DNA of 64,000 nucleotides from Eledone cirrhosa (GCA_964016885.1 OZ024740.1:75392001-75456000); one strand, 5' to 3'. Counted from the stretch's first letter, positions 24,013 to 38,195 are shown. Translations and numbers: made by a program. Notes: generated by a model from the letters alone, not told the origin.

Positions 24013-24988
24013 AATTAACACTTAGAATTTAATATTCTATCATACTATTTCATTATAATACCATTATATATTTTAAAGGATTGTAAATAAAACGAGTAAA
24101 TCAGACTAAGTTGGAATTCCTCTTATTAATATAATCTTCTATACACAATCATACACACCCGTGTATATTTACCTATCTATATCTCTATATATAGATAGGT
24201 AAATATATATATATATACACACACACACAACAGCACCACCAGCTCTCTTCCATTTTCATTCTCTGTCTCCTCTCCCTCTTTCTGTCTCTCTTTCAATCTA
24301 CTCTCTCACAACCACTATCTCTTTCTCTCTATCTTTTTCTCTCTTTGTTTACTTTGTTTATGAAGGCACCAGGAATAACCCCATATGTCGGGAACCCGCG
24401 GTCCGATTTACGCGAAATTTGTTTTGTTCCATTTGTATTCCCATTTCAGGGTCAACTTCCTTTCAAAGTATTTTCCCATTATGCGCCCTTTTGGCTGTAT
24501 TACATTATAGATAAGCAAGCAAGCAATCAATCACAGACTTTTAGTATTATATAGATTGAAAGATTGAATATAGGATATAATATATTTAAAGTACCCAGTA
24601 AGTACTTTACAGTGAAACCTACTTTTTATGTTTTTACGATCTACTTTATATTTTCATGATATGTATTAGGTTTTCCAAATCTGGCAGTTGAACGCCAAAA
24701 TATTACATTAAAAAAATAATTTTAGGAAGAGTATCATAACTGTAGCAGACGCTTTCAAACTGTTGAGATTAATGTGATTTATAGTCAATTCAAATTTCTG
24801 ATAATAGGGAACATAACTCGGGGAGTTAGGGCTAGAGGGCTGCATTTCTGAGCATAAATGATTAGGATAGGTACTTAATACAGTATTTGGAATATAGGCG
24901 GATTAAAGAAAGGAATAGTGGTAGGTCTGTGTTAGAATGGTCACAAACTTCATATATAAGAGAATTGGGAACATTATTGTCATGGTCA

Positions 24989-25160
24989 GTGAAGGCGTGT
25001 AGCTTAGTGGTTAGAGGATTGAATTGGCAATCGTGAGGTTGCGAGTTCGATTCCTGGACAGGGTGATGCCTTATGTCCATGAATAAGATACCCATTTCAT
25101 GTTGCTCCTTATGCCAGGATGTACAACCGGTAGATAGCATCAGCAAGGGAAAGACCAATG
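24989..25160 (+). mobile_element. tRNA-derived SINE family 2
   Basis: A box TAGCTTAGTGG and B box GTTCGATTCC followed by a non-tRNA body; related to 34975-35260 and 36200-36572. Confidence 0.8.
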
Positions 25161-25369
25161 GAAACTTTGTTTACTTGGTTCGATTTGCCGACTTCCACCC
25201 TACTTGGTAAGCAAATGCAGTCATGGTAGAAAAAAGAAGACAGGATATAGAACATTGGTTGACTAGTGGATGTGTATTGTTAAGTGAGAGTTGGTGGGCT
25301 AGTATGAATTCTATAAGATAATGCTGCATCTGGTTGTGCAGTAGAAATTCTCATAACTGTGTTGAAATC

Positions 25370-25580
25370 CCACGAATACTGAAAGTAGAGCGTCGAACAA
25401 CATGCTTTGTGACATAGTTATGGCCCTTTACGTTATGAGTTCAAATCCTGTCTAGGTTAGCTTTGCTTTACATCCTTACGGGATTGATAAAATAAAGTAC
25501 CAGTAATACACTAGAATCGATTAATTGACTTTCCCCTCCCCTAAAATTGTTGGCCTTATGCCTAAATCAGAAATCATTAT
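25370..25580 (+). mobile_element. SINE family 1
   Basis: GTTCAAATCC...CTTTGCTTTACATCCTTACGG...AAAGTACCAGT...GGCCTTATGCCTAAA. Confidence 0.8.
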
Positions 25581-25767
25581 CAAGGGAAAATATTCTCTTC
25601 CTTAGAGTATCCCCATTCAACAGGTCAGCATACTGAAGGGTAGCATTTCCTTCACCCTCACTTTCCTTTTCAAGTGGCATATGAAGAAGCTCATGAGCGC
25701 TCTACCGACGCGGGGGGGGAGGGGGTGCACTGTCCTCATTTCTTTCAATCTTCGACACAATACTACA

Positions 25768-25806
<39 letters not shown>

Positions 25807-26135
25807 ATCTCTATCTCTCTCTCTATCTCTCACAGTTGTCAGGATCCTGAAATTTTCATATATATATATAATCACCTGACAAAATCATCATAATCATCAT
25901 CCTCATCATCCTCATCATCATCATCCTCATCATCAGCAGCATCAGAAGAAGAAGAAGAAGAAGAAGATCAACAGCAACAATAACAAAAGGTAGGAGAAAG
26001 CTTCCAAGGAATGTTAGTAGATGAAATGTATAGTATGCTCTGTAGTCATTTGATTTCATTCTTAAGTGTTTCTCCCGCGAAGTCAATCAATAATCCTAAT
26101 TTATAGAAGCTTAACTTTTGCTTGATTAAGAACAG

Positions 26136-26217
<82 letters not shown>

Positions 26218-26869
26218 TCTGTGTGTGTGTGTGTAAATATACATAGAGGGATATGTGTGTATATACGTATATTGTGTATGTGCATGCGTGTAGTGGCATA
26301 TACACTCATACATAACTATATTAAATATTTTTCCTCTAGCCTTTAGATTCAACACGCTTGGCTAATCATGCCACCACTTTGTAGCCATGTCTAGTTCTAA
26401 ACAGTACGTTTATAGCTCATCACAGTTTCTCTTTTCCGCAAAGTTATTGACTAATGGCTCTTCACTGATATCAAACGAACCTAGGAACTGATGAAAGCGT
26501 CGACTAAAAGGCGAAAAGACCAATAAAGTAAACGAGAATACTGAATTTCACCGGTCATTTGATATCCAGATTGTCATTCCATGTTCTAGTTTAGTTCATG
26601 TACCGATGAAATGATCAATAACATGAAACCTGACTTCTAAACTTCAAACAGCTAGACTTAATTTGATATTTTAAGCCATAGAATGATTTAACACGCCGTA
26701 GCAGCATTCCTATTCTTAGCAACGAAGCTTTCAAGTTAACGGAAGCTGCTTCTTATTCTCTCGTTCATTGATGATATGTCCGAACCGTTTTCCAGAGACA
26801 AGGATAATTATCTGATATAAGCAAACGTACATATTCAAATCTTGGCGCTGTCAGGCAAAAATTAGAATT

Positions 26870-27910
26870 TTACAGAGTGTGGAATATCTAATATCTAATA
26901 TTGATTTGTAGTACAAGCACCAGGCCATAAAATTTCAGGAAGGGCTTTGTCGATTAAGGTGGCGAGTTGGTGGAGTCATTAAAACATCAGATAGAATACC
27001 TTGCAGTACTAGTTCTGGTTCTTTGCGCTCTGAGCTCAAATGCCACTAAGGTCAACTTCACCATCCATCCTTTCATCCGGTAAATAAAGTACTAGTCCAA
27101 GACAATAGATTGACAGAATTCTTAGACTATCAACCGAGATACATTTTCTGAGCGTTTGAATCCTAAGTTCAAATTCTAACTGTAGATGGCTAAAGCTGAG
27201 GCTTCATCCAGCTGTGGATCAAAACTGGCCAAGTAGATAACAATGGTTGATTATATCGATCTCAATTTTTTACTAGTACTTCATTTCATTCACCCAACAA
27301 GTTTAAATGGGAATGTTGACTTTGATACGTAAAGAGGCGAAATTAAACAGCACATGGAGATTTGTACTTTCGTATTTAACATATGTACAAAGTTAGTAAT
27401 TTGTTTGTGTGGAGGGGGCGGGGGGTAGTAGTTTATATAGATCACACTACTTGACTGGTATTTTATCGACAGAAGGAGGATAAAATGAGAAATTTATTTC
27501 AACAGATTTCGAAATCAGAATATAAAGAAGGGAAATTAGATAGCACAAAGGATTTTGTCAATCCCATTGCTCTTATCAAATATTAATAGCCAAAATATGT
27601 GTTGAAATATATAATATAAATATTTAATTCAACGCGCTAGTAATATAAATAATTGACGCAATTCATTTTATTGCTCCGTCAGATGAGAAAGGACAGTGCC
27701 CATGACCTCTTTTTGTAAGGCTTTTAAGACTGGCGGATTTTATCAACCACCCCAAAACAGTTCAACTTCCGCACAATTTACAGATGTCTACTCTTACATC
27801 TGTAAATTGTGCGGACCCAAGACTACAGTAAAAGACTCAATATGCTGAACAGTAGCATCGAATCGGTAACCACGGAGTTGCGTAGGGTAAGTATTTATCA
27901 CACGACTTTG
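26870..27910. mobile_element. cluster of old SINE fragments, both orientations
   Basis: Recognisable SINE cores near 26955-27110 (+), 27150-27200 (+), 27250-27350 (-), 27420-27560 (-) and 27830-27910 (-). Confidence 0.55.
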
Positions 27911-29018
27911 GCTATGACCATTCGCTTGAACATTTATAATTAGAGACATCCAATAACGAATGAAAGACAGCTGATAGTATATGTGATTGTGACGTTCTAA
28001 TTACAGTGTTTAGCTCAATAGTATCACATAAACCTTTGTGTTAAATGTTAAACTAAATTTAAGAATTGTAAATTTGCTTACATTAAAATGTTTACACTAA
28101 AATAAAGTAGTTATGGCACTTTGCTTCGCTTGGCCTGCTAGAATTAACAGCTAACCCTCATCAAATTACACACTTGGATAATGTTGCCCTATATACACTA
28201 TGTTTGAAAAAAGTTAAGGTTGTTCTGTATAGGACAGGGCTGGTGTGGGTCTAATCAATGACATTGCTTCACACTCTTCTGCAACGATAAAATAGAAAGC
28301 AGTGATGTCTTAAGGTCGGTTCTATCAACCCCCTTAATCCTCAAACGTCATTAGCTTTGTGTCGAAGACTATGCTTTTTTATACATTTCTACCATATTCC
28401 TAGTAATAAAATTCATTAAGTACTTCCTGACTTCATTTAACTAAAGTTATGTTCTCTAGGAAAGAGAGCAGGCTTTGGATAGATGGGGATCGGAATAGTG
28501 GTGTGACGTATCAACAGTTACAACCAGCCACTTCTTACAAACGTAAGGCCAATGTAGTCGCTAAACGTCTGTAAATAGTAACCAAATCATCCTCATATCA
28601 TACACTGTTATCATTAAAAAAAATAGCAAAGACATGCTCTACAATGTAGTACTGGATATACAAAAAGACGTGATGGGCATAGCCGAAACGCCTTTCACCA
28701 AAACTAGGCAATAAAAATTTAATTCAAAGGAGCAACAACTAAGAAACGAAACCGGGTCGTTGTTTTATAACTTTGATTGGTGTTTTTCGCTGCAAAACCT
28801 ACATAAACTAAATCAAAATTGTATCATTAATTGTAAATAGATATTGAACTTAAAATTCTTAGGTCAGAGAAATATTTTGAACTTCCGGGATATTATTATG
28901 ACGTGCATTATGTGACATCAATTAAGATTTTATAGGTTTGCCGAACACACACACACACACACGCACGCGCACACGCACGCGCACACGCACACGCACACGC
29001 ACACGCACATATATATAT

Positions 29019-29185
29019 ATTCAATATAGAAGTGGCTTCTACTGGACTAGAACTGTTTCATTCGGCTTTCCTGAATGAAACAGTTCTAGTCCTGTAGAAA
29101 CCATTTCTATACTAAATATTTATACTCTGTTATGTATTGAGTACCTTACTTACTGTGGTTACCCCCGATTGAACCCGTGATAAAC
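29019..29185 (+). mobile_element. hairpin-plus-tail mini-element (family N); related copy at 32577-32776
   Basis: Palindrome 29019-29120 (GGACTAGAACTGTTTCATTC / GAATGAAACAGTTCTAGTCC) plus tail with ACTC...GAGT; inserted in TA. Confidence 0.85.
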
Positions 29186-29229
29186 ATATATATATATTTA
29201 TATATATATATGTGTGTGTATAAACTGTT

Positions 29230-30180
29230 GTAGTCTGCTTGAAACATTGTATATGGAAAGTGATATATATAAGAAGGTTAAAACAATGCAAAATGGACAG
29301 CAAGATAAAAGCAACAAAAATATTAGTTACCTGGTAACCTTTTTTATTTTGTTGTTGTTGTTTTTCATCCTAATATTTCGGGATATAAAATTTCCTTCGT
29401 CCGAGCATAGGGAACTCTAGGAGAAAAACGTCCCGGTCTATTCGCCTTGAAAGTACCGTATTTCCCGGCGTCGAGCACGCTACTTTTTTCCTACAATAAG
29501 TCTCAAAAATCTACCATGCGTCCTGGAGGCCGAAGGTTGTTTATTTATTTTTATTTTTTGGGGGGTTGTCAAAATTAGGGTTTGTCCTCGAGGACGAAGC
29601 GTCTTCGGTAGATTTAAAGTTAGAATTTATAAACCGCGTTCAAGCGTTGTTTGAAGTTTGCTATAGTATTCACGAAAAACAGGATAACGTCAATTGCTGT
29701 ATGTAATATCTCATAAAATCAAGTTTTTTGTATAAACTGTTGTGTTTATGTTTCGTGTGGATGTGTCCCTTTATGCCAAGTATTGTGTGCTGAGTTCCAT
29801 TCTATTATTAATTTGTGGGTTGACTTTACGTATAAACAAGGCTTCCTTTATTCTTAAACTGCCCACATTTCTCTCACTGGATTCAATTTTGACTGTTATA
29901 TTTTTGTTGGCCTTTCTGCATTTGTCAATGTGTTTCTTGAATGAGGATGCGTGTGTGTTGAGGTATTTTTTTAATGCGGGTGTAGAGTGCACGAGTCGTG
30001 CTACCAATGTAGATCTCCGTACATTTGTTACATTCAATCCCATATACCACATGTATCCGCTGGCTCATATCTGTGTCGCGGATAGAGCAGTTAGTCAGCG
30101 TGCATTGGTTGTTGTTATCTCTAGGTCGTTAGATAGGTATCCACGCAGTGAAGGGCCCGAGTGGTTTTCTGCGAGTGAAT
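29230..30180 (-). mobile_element. PLE 3' remnant: GIY-YIG C-terminus (29771-30052) plus pLTR with decayed HHR (about 29365-29408)
   Basis: HASSFKKHIDKC...ERNVGSLRIKEALFIRK...INNRME closely matches the 43395 ORF; CGGACGA...GAAATATTAGG. Confidence 0.8.
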
Positions 30181-30399
30181 GTATTTTCTGCTAGTGTCTG
30201 CGTGTGTTTCGTAATGCATTTATCAATGTATACATGCTCTTTACATATCCACAGATGCAAAACCTTGGACTCATTAGTATTGTATCCTGGAGTCATTGGA
30301 TGTTTTAGGTTTTACAACATGCAACCTCATTCGGGTGACTCAGACGAATTTGATTAAGCTGTCTGTGTCCACGTGTTATACACACTACTGAATCTACCG

Positions 30400-30791
30400 G
30401 TCACTTCTCTTCAACAATAATCATCTGGATACCTTATTTTCTGTTCCCATGTCTTTATGACTCTTAATTTTCGATCTCTTAATGCCCACAGTTCGATAGG
30501 GTTTGTCTGAGGGAACGAACTGCAAACCCTCAGCTGCCAGCCTCCACTGGCATGCACCTAGTTCTCCATCCGTTCCTACAGCAGTCCTCCACCAGCACCT
30601 AGTACTCTCATGTGCCTCCTCTATCCTATCCCTACAAATAACAATTAACTCCAGTAGAATGAACTGTATTGTCAACGTGAAAACTAGATTCGTGCTGTGG
30701 CAAGCATATCAGTAAAGGTGTTTTGGGATCTTCTCTTGTTGTTCACCCGCTAAAACAAACATGATCTCCCTAGATGTAGCATGTGTGTGTG

Positions 30792-30869
<78 letters not shown>

Positions 30870-30980
30870 GATCCCCTTGCTTATTGATTCAATGATACTT
30901 TTGAGGGCCTGATCATGTCTCCAGAGATAGGACCCTTCGCCCAATGCTTTGGAGCAGCTGTAGCACGTTGGTATTTGCAC
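30400..30980 (-). pseudogene. HERO/NeSL-like (restriction-like endonuclease) non-LTR remnant interrupted by (GA)n
   Basis: CSKALGEGSYLWRHDQAL (RHD motif after the CCHC finger) and ILLELIVICRDRIEEAHE (resembles ELTVPWEERIEEAHE). Confidence 0.65.
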
Positions 30981-31423
30981 CTCGACTCATCTATTAATTT
31001 ATACAAATGTATGAAAAAAATAAAAATACGTGTTCATGAATATGCACTGATATATTATGTATTTTGTTTTATCTAATTTAACACAATTATATTCTCTTCA
31101 AAATGGTGACACCCGCCTTAAATAAACAAAGACGAGATATGACCCTATAATAAGCAGAGGCATGATTGAAAGAACTTAGCACAGTCCTTTTAAGGATGTT
31201 TGAATCCATACCGATTTTCGAACAAAACACATGTTATCGACTCTCGGGTAAGCCATAGCCTCTATTCTATGGGCGTACTGTATAGCGAATCACTTATAAA
31301 TAAAGGGAAAAATATATTCCATGATGTGTGAATGGTAGGAGCTTGCAACGAAGTGTGATTTTTTTTTACTTTAATACTGAGAATGAAACTTGTATTTAAT
31401 GTCATTGCTGTCGGTGTGAGTAC

Positions 31424-31425
<2 letters not shown>

Positions 31426-31464
<39 letters not shown>

Positions 31465-31485
31465 GTGTGTGCGTGTGTGCGTGTG

Positions 31486-31557
<72 letters not shown>

Positions 31558-31558
31558 T
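31426..31558. repeat. (TG)n/(TGCG)n microsatellite
   Basis: Directly visible. Confidence 0.95.
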
Positions 31559-31559
31559 T

Positions 31560-32090
31560 CCTGTCAGAAGCAGCCGTCTGTTTCCCTAAGCGAGATCAGA
31601 CTAGTTCGTAAATGTTATTCAACCATCTTGCTCGGGGTCTACCCCTAGGTCTCCTGCCGGTTGGTTTTGCCCGTAAAATCTCTCAAGAAATTCTTTCCAG
31701 AGACATTCTAAACACATACCCGTAATATCGGAGCTGTGATATCTAAATTCGGAGATGTAGCAGCTCTACCTGGAGCAACTTCCTGATCTCTCAGCTACGT
31801 ACTCTATCGAGTAACGTTACTCCAAAGACCCTACGGGGGACCCCCATTTCGGCTGCATGTATTCGCGATCATATACTTTCGGTGTTTGCCCAAGATTCAT
31901 GACCATTGGTAAGGGTTGACACAAATACCGAATTGAAGATAGCGAGTTTCGCTTTTTCACCTACCTTCTTTCTTATGATTACCGAATGCTAAAGTTGTCA
32001 CATTACTGCACGATCTCCGGCAATCCTTGCACTTAATTCAGCCTCCTGCCTTCCATCACTCGTAAACACAGCCCTGAGATACTTGAATTA
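31560..32090 (-). mobile_element. RTE-clade LINE fragment, same family as 1477-2135
   Basis: Aligns by eye (CCATCTTGCTCGG, TTGGTTTTGCCCGTAAAATCT, TTACTCCAAAGACCCT). Confidence 0.85.
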
Positions 32091-32094
32091 TAGC

Positions 32095-32335
32095 AGAGTC
32101 CTGATAAAGGCTTAGTAATATGAGACTTAACAGTTAATCTTTCTCATAATGGTGAGTTCTTTATCTCATCGTAAAATCTCTATCGATTCTTTATTTTTAA
32201 CTTGTGGAATAATATTTTCTATTTCAAGATTTGGATTCCTAATTTGCAAACCTAATTTTTCATCCGGTGCTGTAGTCACGATTTCAACTCGTGACCCCTC
32301 ACGTGGCCATAAGGCGGTTTTATAGAAATTCACTT
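32095..32335. repeat. ~245-bp diverged direct repeat, second copy at about 33882-34135
   Basis: Shared GATAAAGG.TTAGTAATATGAGACT.AACAGTTAA and GATTCTTTATTTTTAACTTGT.GAATAA. Confidence 0.8.
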
Positions 32336-32576
32336 TGTTGTAAGAATTCTAACGAGGTGCATCTGGGAGTGATGACTAATCTCTCGTAGGCTGAGGTCAC
32401 AAGAGCAATTAAAGAGCTCAAATGCGGCAAGGCCGGTGGGGAGGATGAAATTCAAACCTTGAATAGACACGGTATTTTCTAGCTTACTTGTGTGTGCCGG
32501 GTGTCCTAGATCGCTGGAAGGGTACCTAAGCAATGGCAATCGAGACTGATAATCCCAATTTTCTAAAAGGGAGACA

Positions 32577-32776
32577 TTTTATCATAGAATTGACTTCTAC
32601 AGGACTTGAACCTTTTCATTCATAAGAGATCACCAGGACTTTCTTGGTGATTTATTACGAATGAAACAGTTCTAATCCTGTAGAAGTATTTTCTATAATA
32701 AAACTAATATGCCTATAATTTACTCGTATTGAACCCTTTTTTTAACGGTGGTCACCTTCCGATTTACATCAGGATT
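32577..32776 (+). mobile_element. family N hairpin-plus-tail element, older copy
   Basis: Palindrome centred near 32640 with decayed HHR core (TTGGTGA...GAATGAAACAG). Confidence 0.7.
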
Positions 32777-32786
32777 ATATATATAC

Positions 32787-32822
<36 letters not shown>

Positions 32823-33199
32823 TTTATTGAAACAACGTATCTCTAGCGCGATTGACTGATGAAATAGCACTGTTGTATTTGTCTTTGTAAGTAATAGCAC
32901 TTATAATGGGATACTTGGAAATGTATTGTTTGTGTAGAAAATGGAATTATTGCTTGGGAGCAGTGGCGTGTCATGTAAGATGCTAGAGTAAGCAAATGGA
33001 ATGTTGTGTGATGAAGTACAGTGATACTATTCCTATTCATAAATCTAATACATTTTGAAAAAAAAATGTATAACATTATTAATTTATTATATTCTACTAC
33101 TATGATAGTTTGTTTAGAATTCTATGAAACAGATACGAAATATTAAATAATTAAATACAGAATAATTTTAATAAAGTAAGCAATGCTTACCTTGCCTGT

Positions 33200-33380
33200 T
33201 AATAATTGTTTCTACTTTTGGCACAAAGCCAGCAATTATCCCAGTGTATTACTGGTACTTTATTTTATCGACCCCGTAAGGATGAAAGGCAAAGTTAACC
33301 TCAGCGGGATTTGAACTCAGACCATAAAGAGCCGTAACTCTTTGCTGCAAAGCATTGCGTCCGATTCTCTACCGATACTA
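33200..33380 (-). mobile_element. SINE family 1
   Basis: Reverse complement of the 23091 copy. Confidence 0.85.
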
Positions 33381-33399
33381 ATAATACACACTACCACCA

Positions 33400-33781
33400 G
33401 TCTTCGTCTTCGCCTGAATCTTCGACCCCTTCCTTCAGTGCTTCTGCAACGGCGATTGAGATGGTTTGGTCACGCAGCCCGGCGCCCTGAGGGTGAACTG
33501 ATCCGCGATGTTCTCTTCCCACCTCTCACTCCCTAACTGGTGCAAGCGCGTTGGCGGGCAGCTGAAGACCTGGGCAACGACGATCAAGGAGGACCTCTCC
33601 GAACTCTCAGGTCCGCAGGTGGTCGGCCTGCGCCGATGGAACCGTGACTGGCTCGCTATCTCCAGTGACCTAGCCCGGGACCGTCGTGCGTGGGCTGCCA
33701 TGGTTCGGGATGCCGTCAGGATAAGGGAAAAAGCCGGCTCAACCCGTCCAGGGTGAATGTTGACACAAGTATAAGTAAGTA
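33400..33781 (+). mobile_element. RTE-clade LINE 3' fragment (second family) with (TAAG)n-like tail
   Basis: LLQRRLRWFGHAARRPEGELIRDVL; KRVGGQLKTWATTIKEDL; LARDRRAWAAMV. Confidence 0.85.
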
Positions 33782-34974
33782 CACTACTAGTTGAGGATAG
33801 AGAAAATTATCGTCATCGACCTCCCCCAGCTATCTCATTATCATTAAATAACACAAGAGAATTTCGGTGAATTCGATATCGGAGTCGTGATAAAGGGTTA
33901 GTAATATGAGACTAAACAGTTAACGAAATCTTTCTCTTGTCAAATACGATCGTGAGTTCCTTATCTGATCGTTAAATCTCTATTGATTCTTTATTTTTAA
34001 CTTGTTGAATAACTTTAGTTTTTTCTATTTTAAGATATGGATGTGCGAGACCTAATCTATCATCCGTTCCTCTCGCCACGTGTTCAACTCGTCACCTCTT
34101 GCGTGACCATATGGCGGCCCTATCGGAGTTCACTTTAATTCGATGTCTTGATGCGATAATTTTTACAGCACTTGCTCTTACGTAATATCACTCACTATTT
34201 GTTAGAGACACACTGCTTGATACAACATGGATTCGACCTCATTAGCTATACTTCACAACTTTGTCCAATTTTCTGGCACCCTTGACCACTGATTTACAAT
34301 TGCGTTACTTACAGAAAACAAAGTAATGGTTAGCAGCAGCCTGGAATTGTGGTCTCTTCCTCTCAATCCCTCAAAAGTCTGCAAACATCATTGATCCAAC
34401 ATTTTATCATCTGGCTAAACCATTAAAAAAAACATTTCCGTTGAGTATACGAGAATATCGTGTGCTTATATAGTTTGAATGTTCTAATTTTGTTTTTCTT
34501 TCTCTTTCAATTTTGTGATCATTCTTCAATTTCTTTTCTTTCCATTAGATTAGCGTTGATCCGGAAATATTCTTTAAGATGTGGGTGAAGGGAAAAGTTT
34601 CTATCGTTGTATATTAGTGGTTACCTCACTGGTGATGGAGTAGAACATGAGTCTCAAAGATAGAGTAGATCTTTTGTCATCCTCGGAGATTGGATGGTCA
34701 CAGAAAATAGAGCTAACTAGATTCGACTATTTGCGAACATTTTCATTCGGTTAAAGAGTTGTCTTCTTTATTTGAAGTATATACTATTGGATGTGCAATG
34801 TGTTGTTGATGATACTGTAGGTGTATAGTTACATATGTAATAATAGATAATATCATTCCATCTGAAATATTTTGCTATTTTCTCTGAAAATATATAATGA
34901 AACCAATGAAGGAATATAACCAGTTCTCAACAAAACACCACAAAAGATAAAAAAATATACAAAAGCATAACGCT

Positions 34975-35260
34975 ACCTAAAGTCTGTCGTAAGCCAGAAT
35001 ATTTGTAAGGCCGGTGCTTCTCCCGGTTTCATAGCGTGAAGCGACTGAGAGTACAAGACTCCCCACTGGACAGGACGCCGATCCATCGCAAGGTTAAACC
35101 TCCAGCTATTACTGGTACTCATTTCCAGCTGAGTATACTGGAGCAACATGACATGAAGTGTTTTGCTCAAGATCACAACACGCAACCCAACCCAAGAATC
35201 GAACCCACGACATTAAGATTGTAAGTCCAACACCCTTACCATTAGGCCACGAGCCTCCAT
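34975..35260 (-). mobile_element. tRNA-derived SINE (family 2-related)
   Basis: Minus strand TGGCCTAATGG (A box) and GGTTCGATTC (B box), followed by a body. Confidence 0.8.
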
Positions 35261-35834
35261 AACGTCCGGAGATCTTGAAAATTGAGCTCGCCTGACTATC
35301 TGGTTATTTGGCAATATCTATTTCATAACTTTTTACGAGAAACGTAAAGCAATTCCATCTTGTAATAGTTCTTAGAAAATTGAAGGACGAACTCCTCCAT
35401 TAAGAATATAAGATAACGATAGGAACAAATATTGACTGCCTTTTATAACTGTTGTTATTGTTGGGCGGTAACTATAGAACATTTACTTTAAGTATACACG
35501 AGTGAATAAAAGCTATTCTTCATTCGATGGGTGAATGGCTTTTACTTCTCTATACACCAGAAATCATTATGTGAATACATCATAAATATTGCGACCATCT
35601 CAAATGTGAAGATATTTTTGGATTTTGTCAAAATGTTGGTAAACAACACAACATGGCTATCGACCAACAGAATCCTCCAACACATTTCGAATACTTCTTC
35701 TTCTTCTTCTTCTTCTTCTACGTTTAAGACACTGATTTATCGGATACATTAAATTTAGCTAGATGTAAATGCGACCTCTACACAATGATATATTTCATCC
35801 AATTATAGTGATATTTAACATAGAATGGGAGGGA

Positions 35835-36000
35835 GGTATAGTCGATTATATTGACTCCGGTACTTGACTCGTACTTTATTTTATCAACTCCGGAAAGGGG
35901 AAAACCAGAGCTGACCTAAGCAGGATTTGAATTCAGAAGGCAAAGAACCGTAACTAAATATTGCAAAGCATTTTGACAGAAGCTCTAACGAATCTGTCAA
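35835..36000 (-). mobile_element. SINE family 1, decayed
   Basis: GTACTTTATTTTATC...GGATTTGAATTCAGAA. Confidence 0.65.
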
Positions 36001-36199
36001 ATAAAAAACCCCCAGAAATCCGAGGAAACTGGTGGTTGTCTGCATTGAAAACAAAACAAAACATTCAGTAAAATTGTAAAATATGGATAGTTTTATTTGC
36101 CGTGGAGAGACGATTTCTACACCATACGAACATATTCGCATTTGTGGACTTTACTACTTATAAGGACGATATCATTATATTAAACTAGTAGCAGTAACT

Positions 36200-36572
36200 G
36201 GCCTTTCCAAGATTTATTAATACCGGGGGATAGGGTAAAGACCCCCTTCGTTCACGAATGACCATGGGATTTGTACCTAGAAAGTTCCCCTTCGAGGCAC
36301 AAGTCCCGACAATGTTGTTTGTGGAAGACCAGCAGTCACCCATGCATACCAGTCTCCCCTCTCCGCGCTACCGATGTTATCCAAGAGAAAGGCAAAGGCT
36401 GATACAACTTGGCACCAGTTGTACAACTCATTTCTACAGCTGAGTGAACTGGAGCAAGGTGAAATAAAGTGTCTTGCCCAAGAATACAACGCAAAGTCCG
36501 GTCCGAGAATCAAATTCACAACCTCACGATTGTAAGCCCGGCGCTCTAACCCCTATGCCATGCGCCTTCACT
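36200..36572 (-). mobile_element. tRNA-derived SINE (family 2-related)
   Basis: Minus-strand head GTGAAGGCGCATGGC...GGTTAGAGCG...AATCGTGAGGTTG matches 24989. Confidence 0.8.
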
Positions 36573-36961
36573 ATTATTAATACTTAAATTACATGAATTC
36601 ACTATATTTTCGAGTACATGGTTTTAAAGAGTCATACATTCACGTGTATATATTAGTAAGATAAGTAATTTTCAAGCAGAATACAGGATAATGTTAACAA
36701 TACATCTCTGACGTAGGTTTGGCCTTAGGTGAAGATTATTTGTAGATAGTACTTAAGTGTCAGACTATAAAGCCAATAAATTAAACGAAATACTTAGCAA
36801 GTTCTTTATTTAGATATGTTCAACAATTGTCTATAAAAGGTTTGCCATCGTATAATGAACACGTTCAGGTTATAGGAAATTTCATCTGGAAGTACCCATG
36901 TATGAAGTAAATGACAGACTTTTAAAATATAATTTTGTTATTGATTTAAGGTTTTAGCGTT

Positions 36962-37145
36962 AATTATAATTGTTTCTACTTTTCGCACAAGGCCAGCAAT
37001 TACCCAGTGCATTACTGGTACTTTATTTTATCGTCCCCGTAAGGATGAAGAGCAAAGTTAACTTCGGCGGGATTTGAACTCAGACTGTAAAGGGACGTAA
37101 CTATGCTGCAAAGCATGGCGTCCGCCCCTCTACCGATACTGCCAA
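36962..37145 (-). mobile_element. SINE family 1
   Basis: Near-identical reverse complement of 47112-47300. Confidence 0.9.
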
Positions 37146-38074
37146 TAATGACAGTATCCACTGTGTTTTAGTATTACACAAAAATACATCTACGTTCACG
37201 TCATTGAATGTAGGCGGCGATGGTGGTAGGGGAGCAAGTCCCGACCATCGGATCATTTTTGTTGATGCTGGGGCCTCAGCATAGTCACAACTCCTTGGCT
37301 GGAGCCAGTGAGTGTTACTATACAAATGCTCATATATTTACACTGCGTTCATTTCTAACAAACACTCATGATTTCATATTGTTTCAGCTTCTAACAAATA
37401 TATTAGTATTGTTTTAGTTTCCTTCGGGTGCACATGTATTCACAACCAGAAGCACGGTCAACCAACACTAAGACCATTGTATGGTTACTCGATCTGCCAA
37501 AAATAGCAGCCATATCAATTACAGATCATATCTTGGTATCTTAAAAAAAAGAACATTTTGAATAATGTATACCTAGAAACAATATGTCTGAACAAAACAC
37601 AGGAGGGTCATAGCTTGATCAAGGATGAACTAGAACTAAATAAAAGTGACAACAAGGAGAGTCACGACAAGCTAGACTAAAGTTGGGATGGTGAAGTTCA
37701 AGTTCTTTTATTCTAATTTGTTAATTCTAAATACATCATGAACACTACATGTACATGTATGTGCTCTACTCGTAACCTATAGATAAGTCGTGTGTATTTA
37801 ACACAAGTTAATGAAGCGCATCAAAAGCAGTTTGAAATGAGGCCTGCATTTCACATCTGACTTGAGCCAGTTGCTCGCTTTATAGGACAGCATTTTACAT
37901 TAAACCTATAACCTGCTTTGCACGGGCCTGATCACATGAACAATTGCAGATGCAAAATCAAATAAATTGGGCCTTTTAAGTTTCAGATTATTTTATTGGT
38001 ATCCAGTTAGTATAAGTTTCCTTTCATTTTTCATAAATTCTATTTAAATTCGTACATAAATTTTGAAACTATTG

Positions 38075-38195
<121 letters not shown>

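Noticed and set aside
24989-25062. tRNA genes (also near 35190-35260 and 36500-36572)
   Set aside because: A/B boxes continue into shared SINE bodies without a good cloverleaf.
34520-34640. Polypyrimidine-AG acceptor and possible exon
   Set aside because: Short frame, no recognisable protein and no clear donor.
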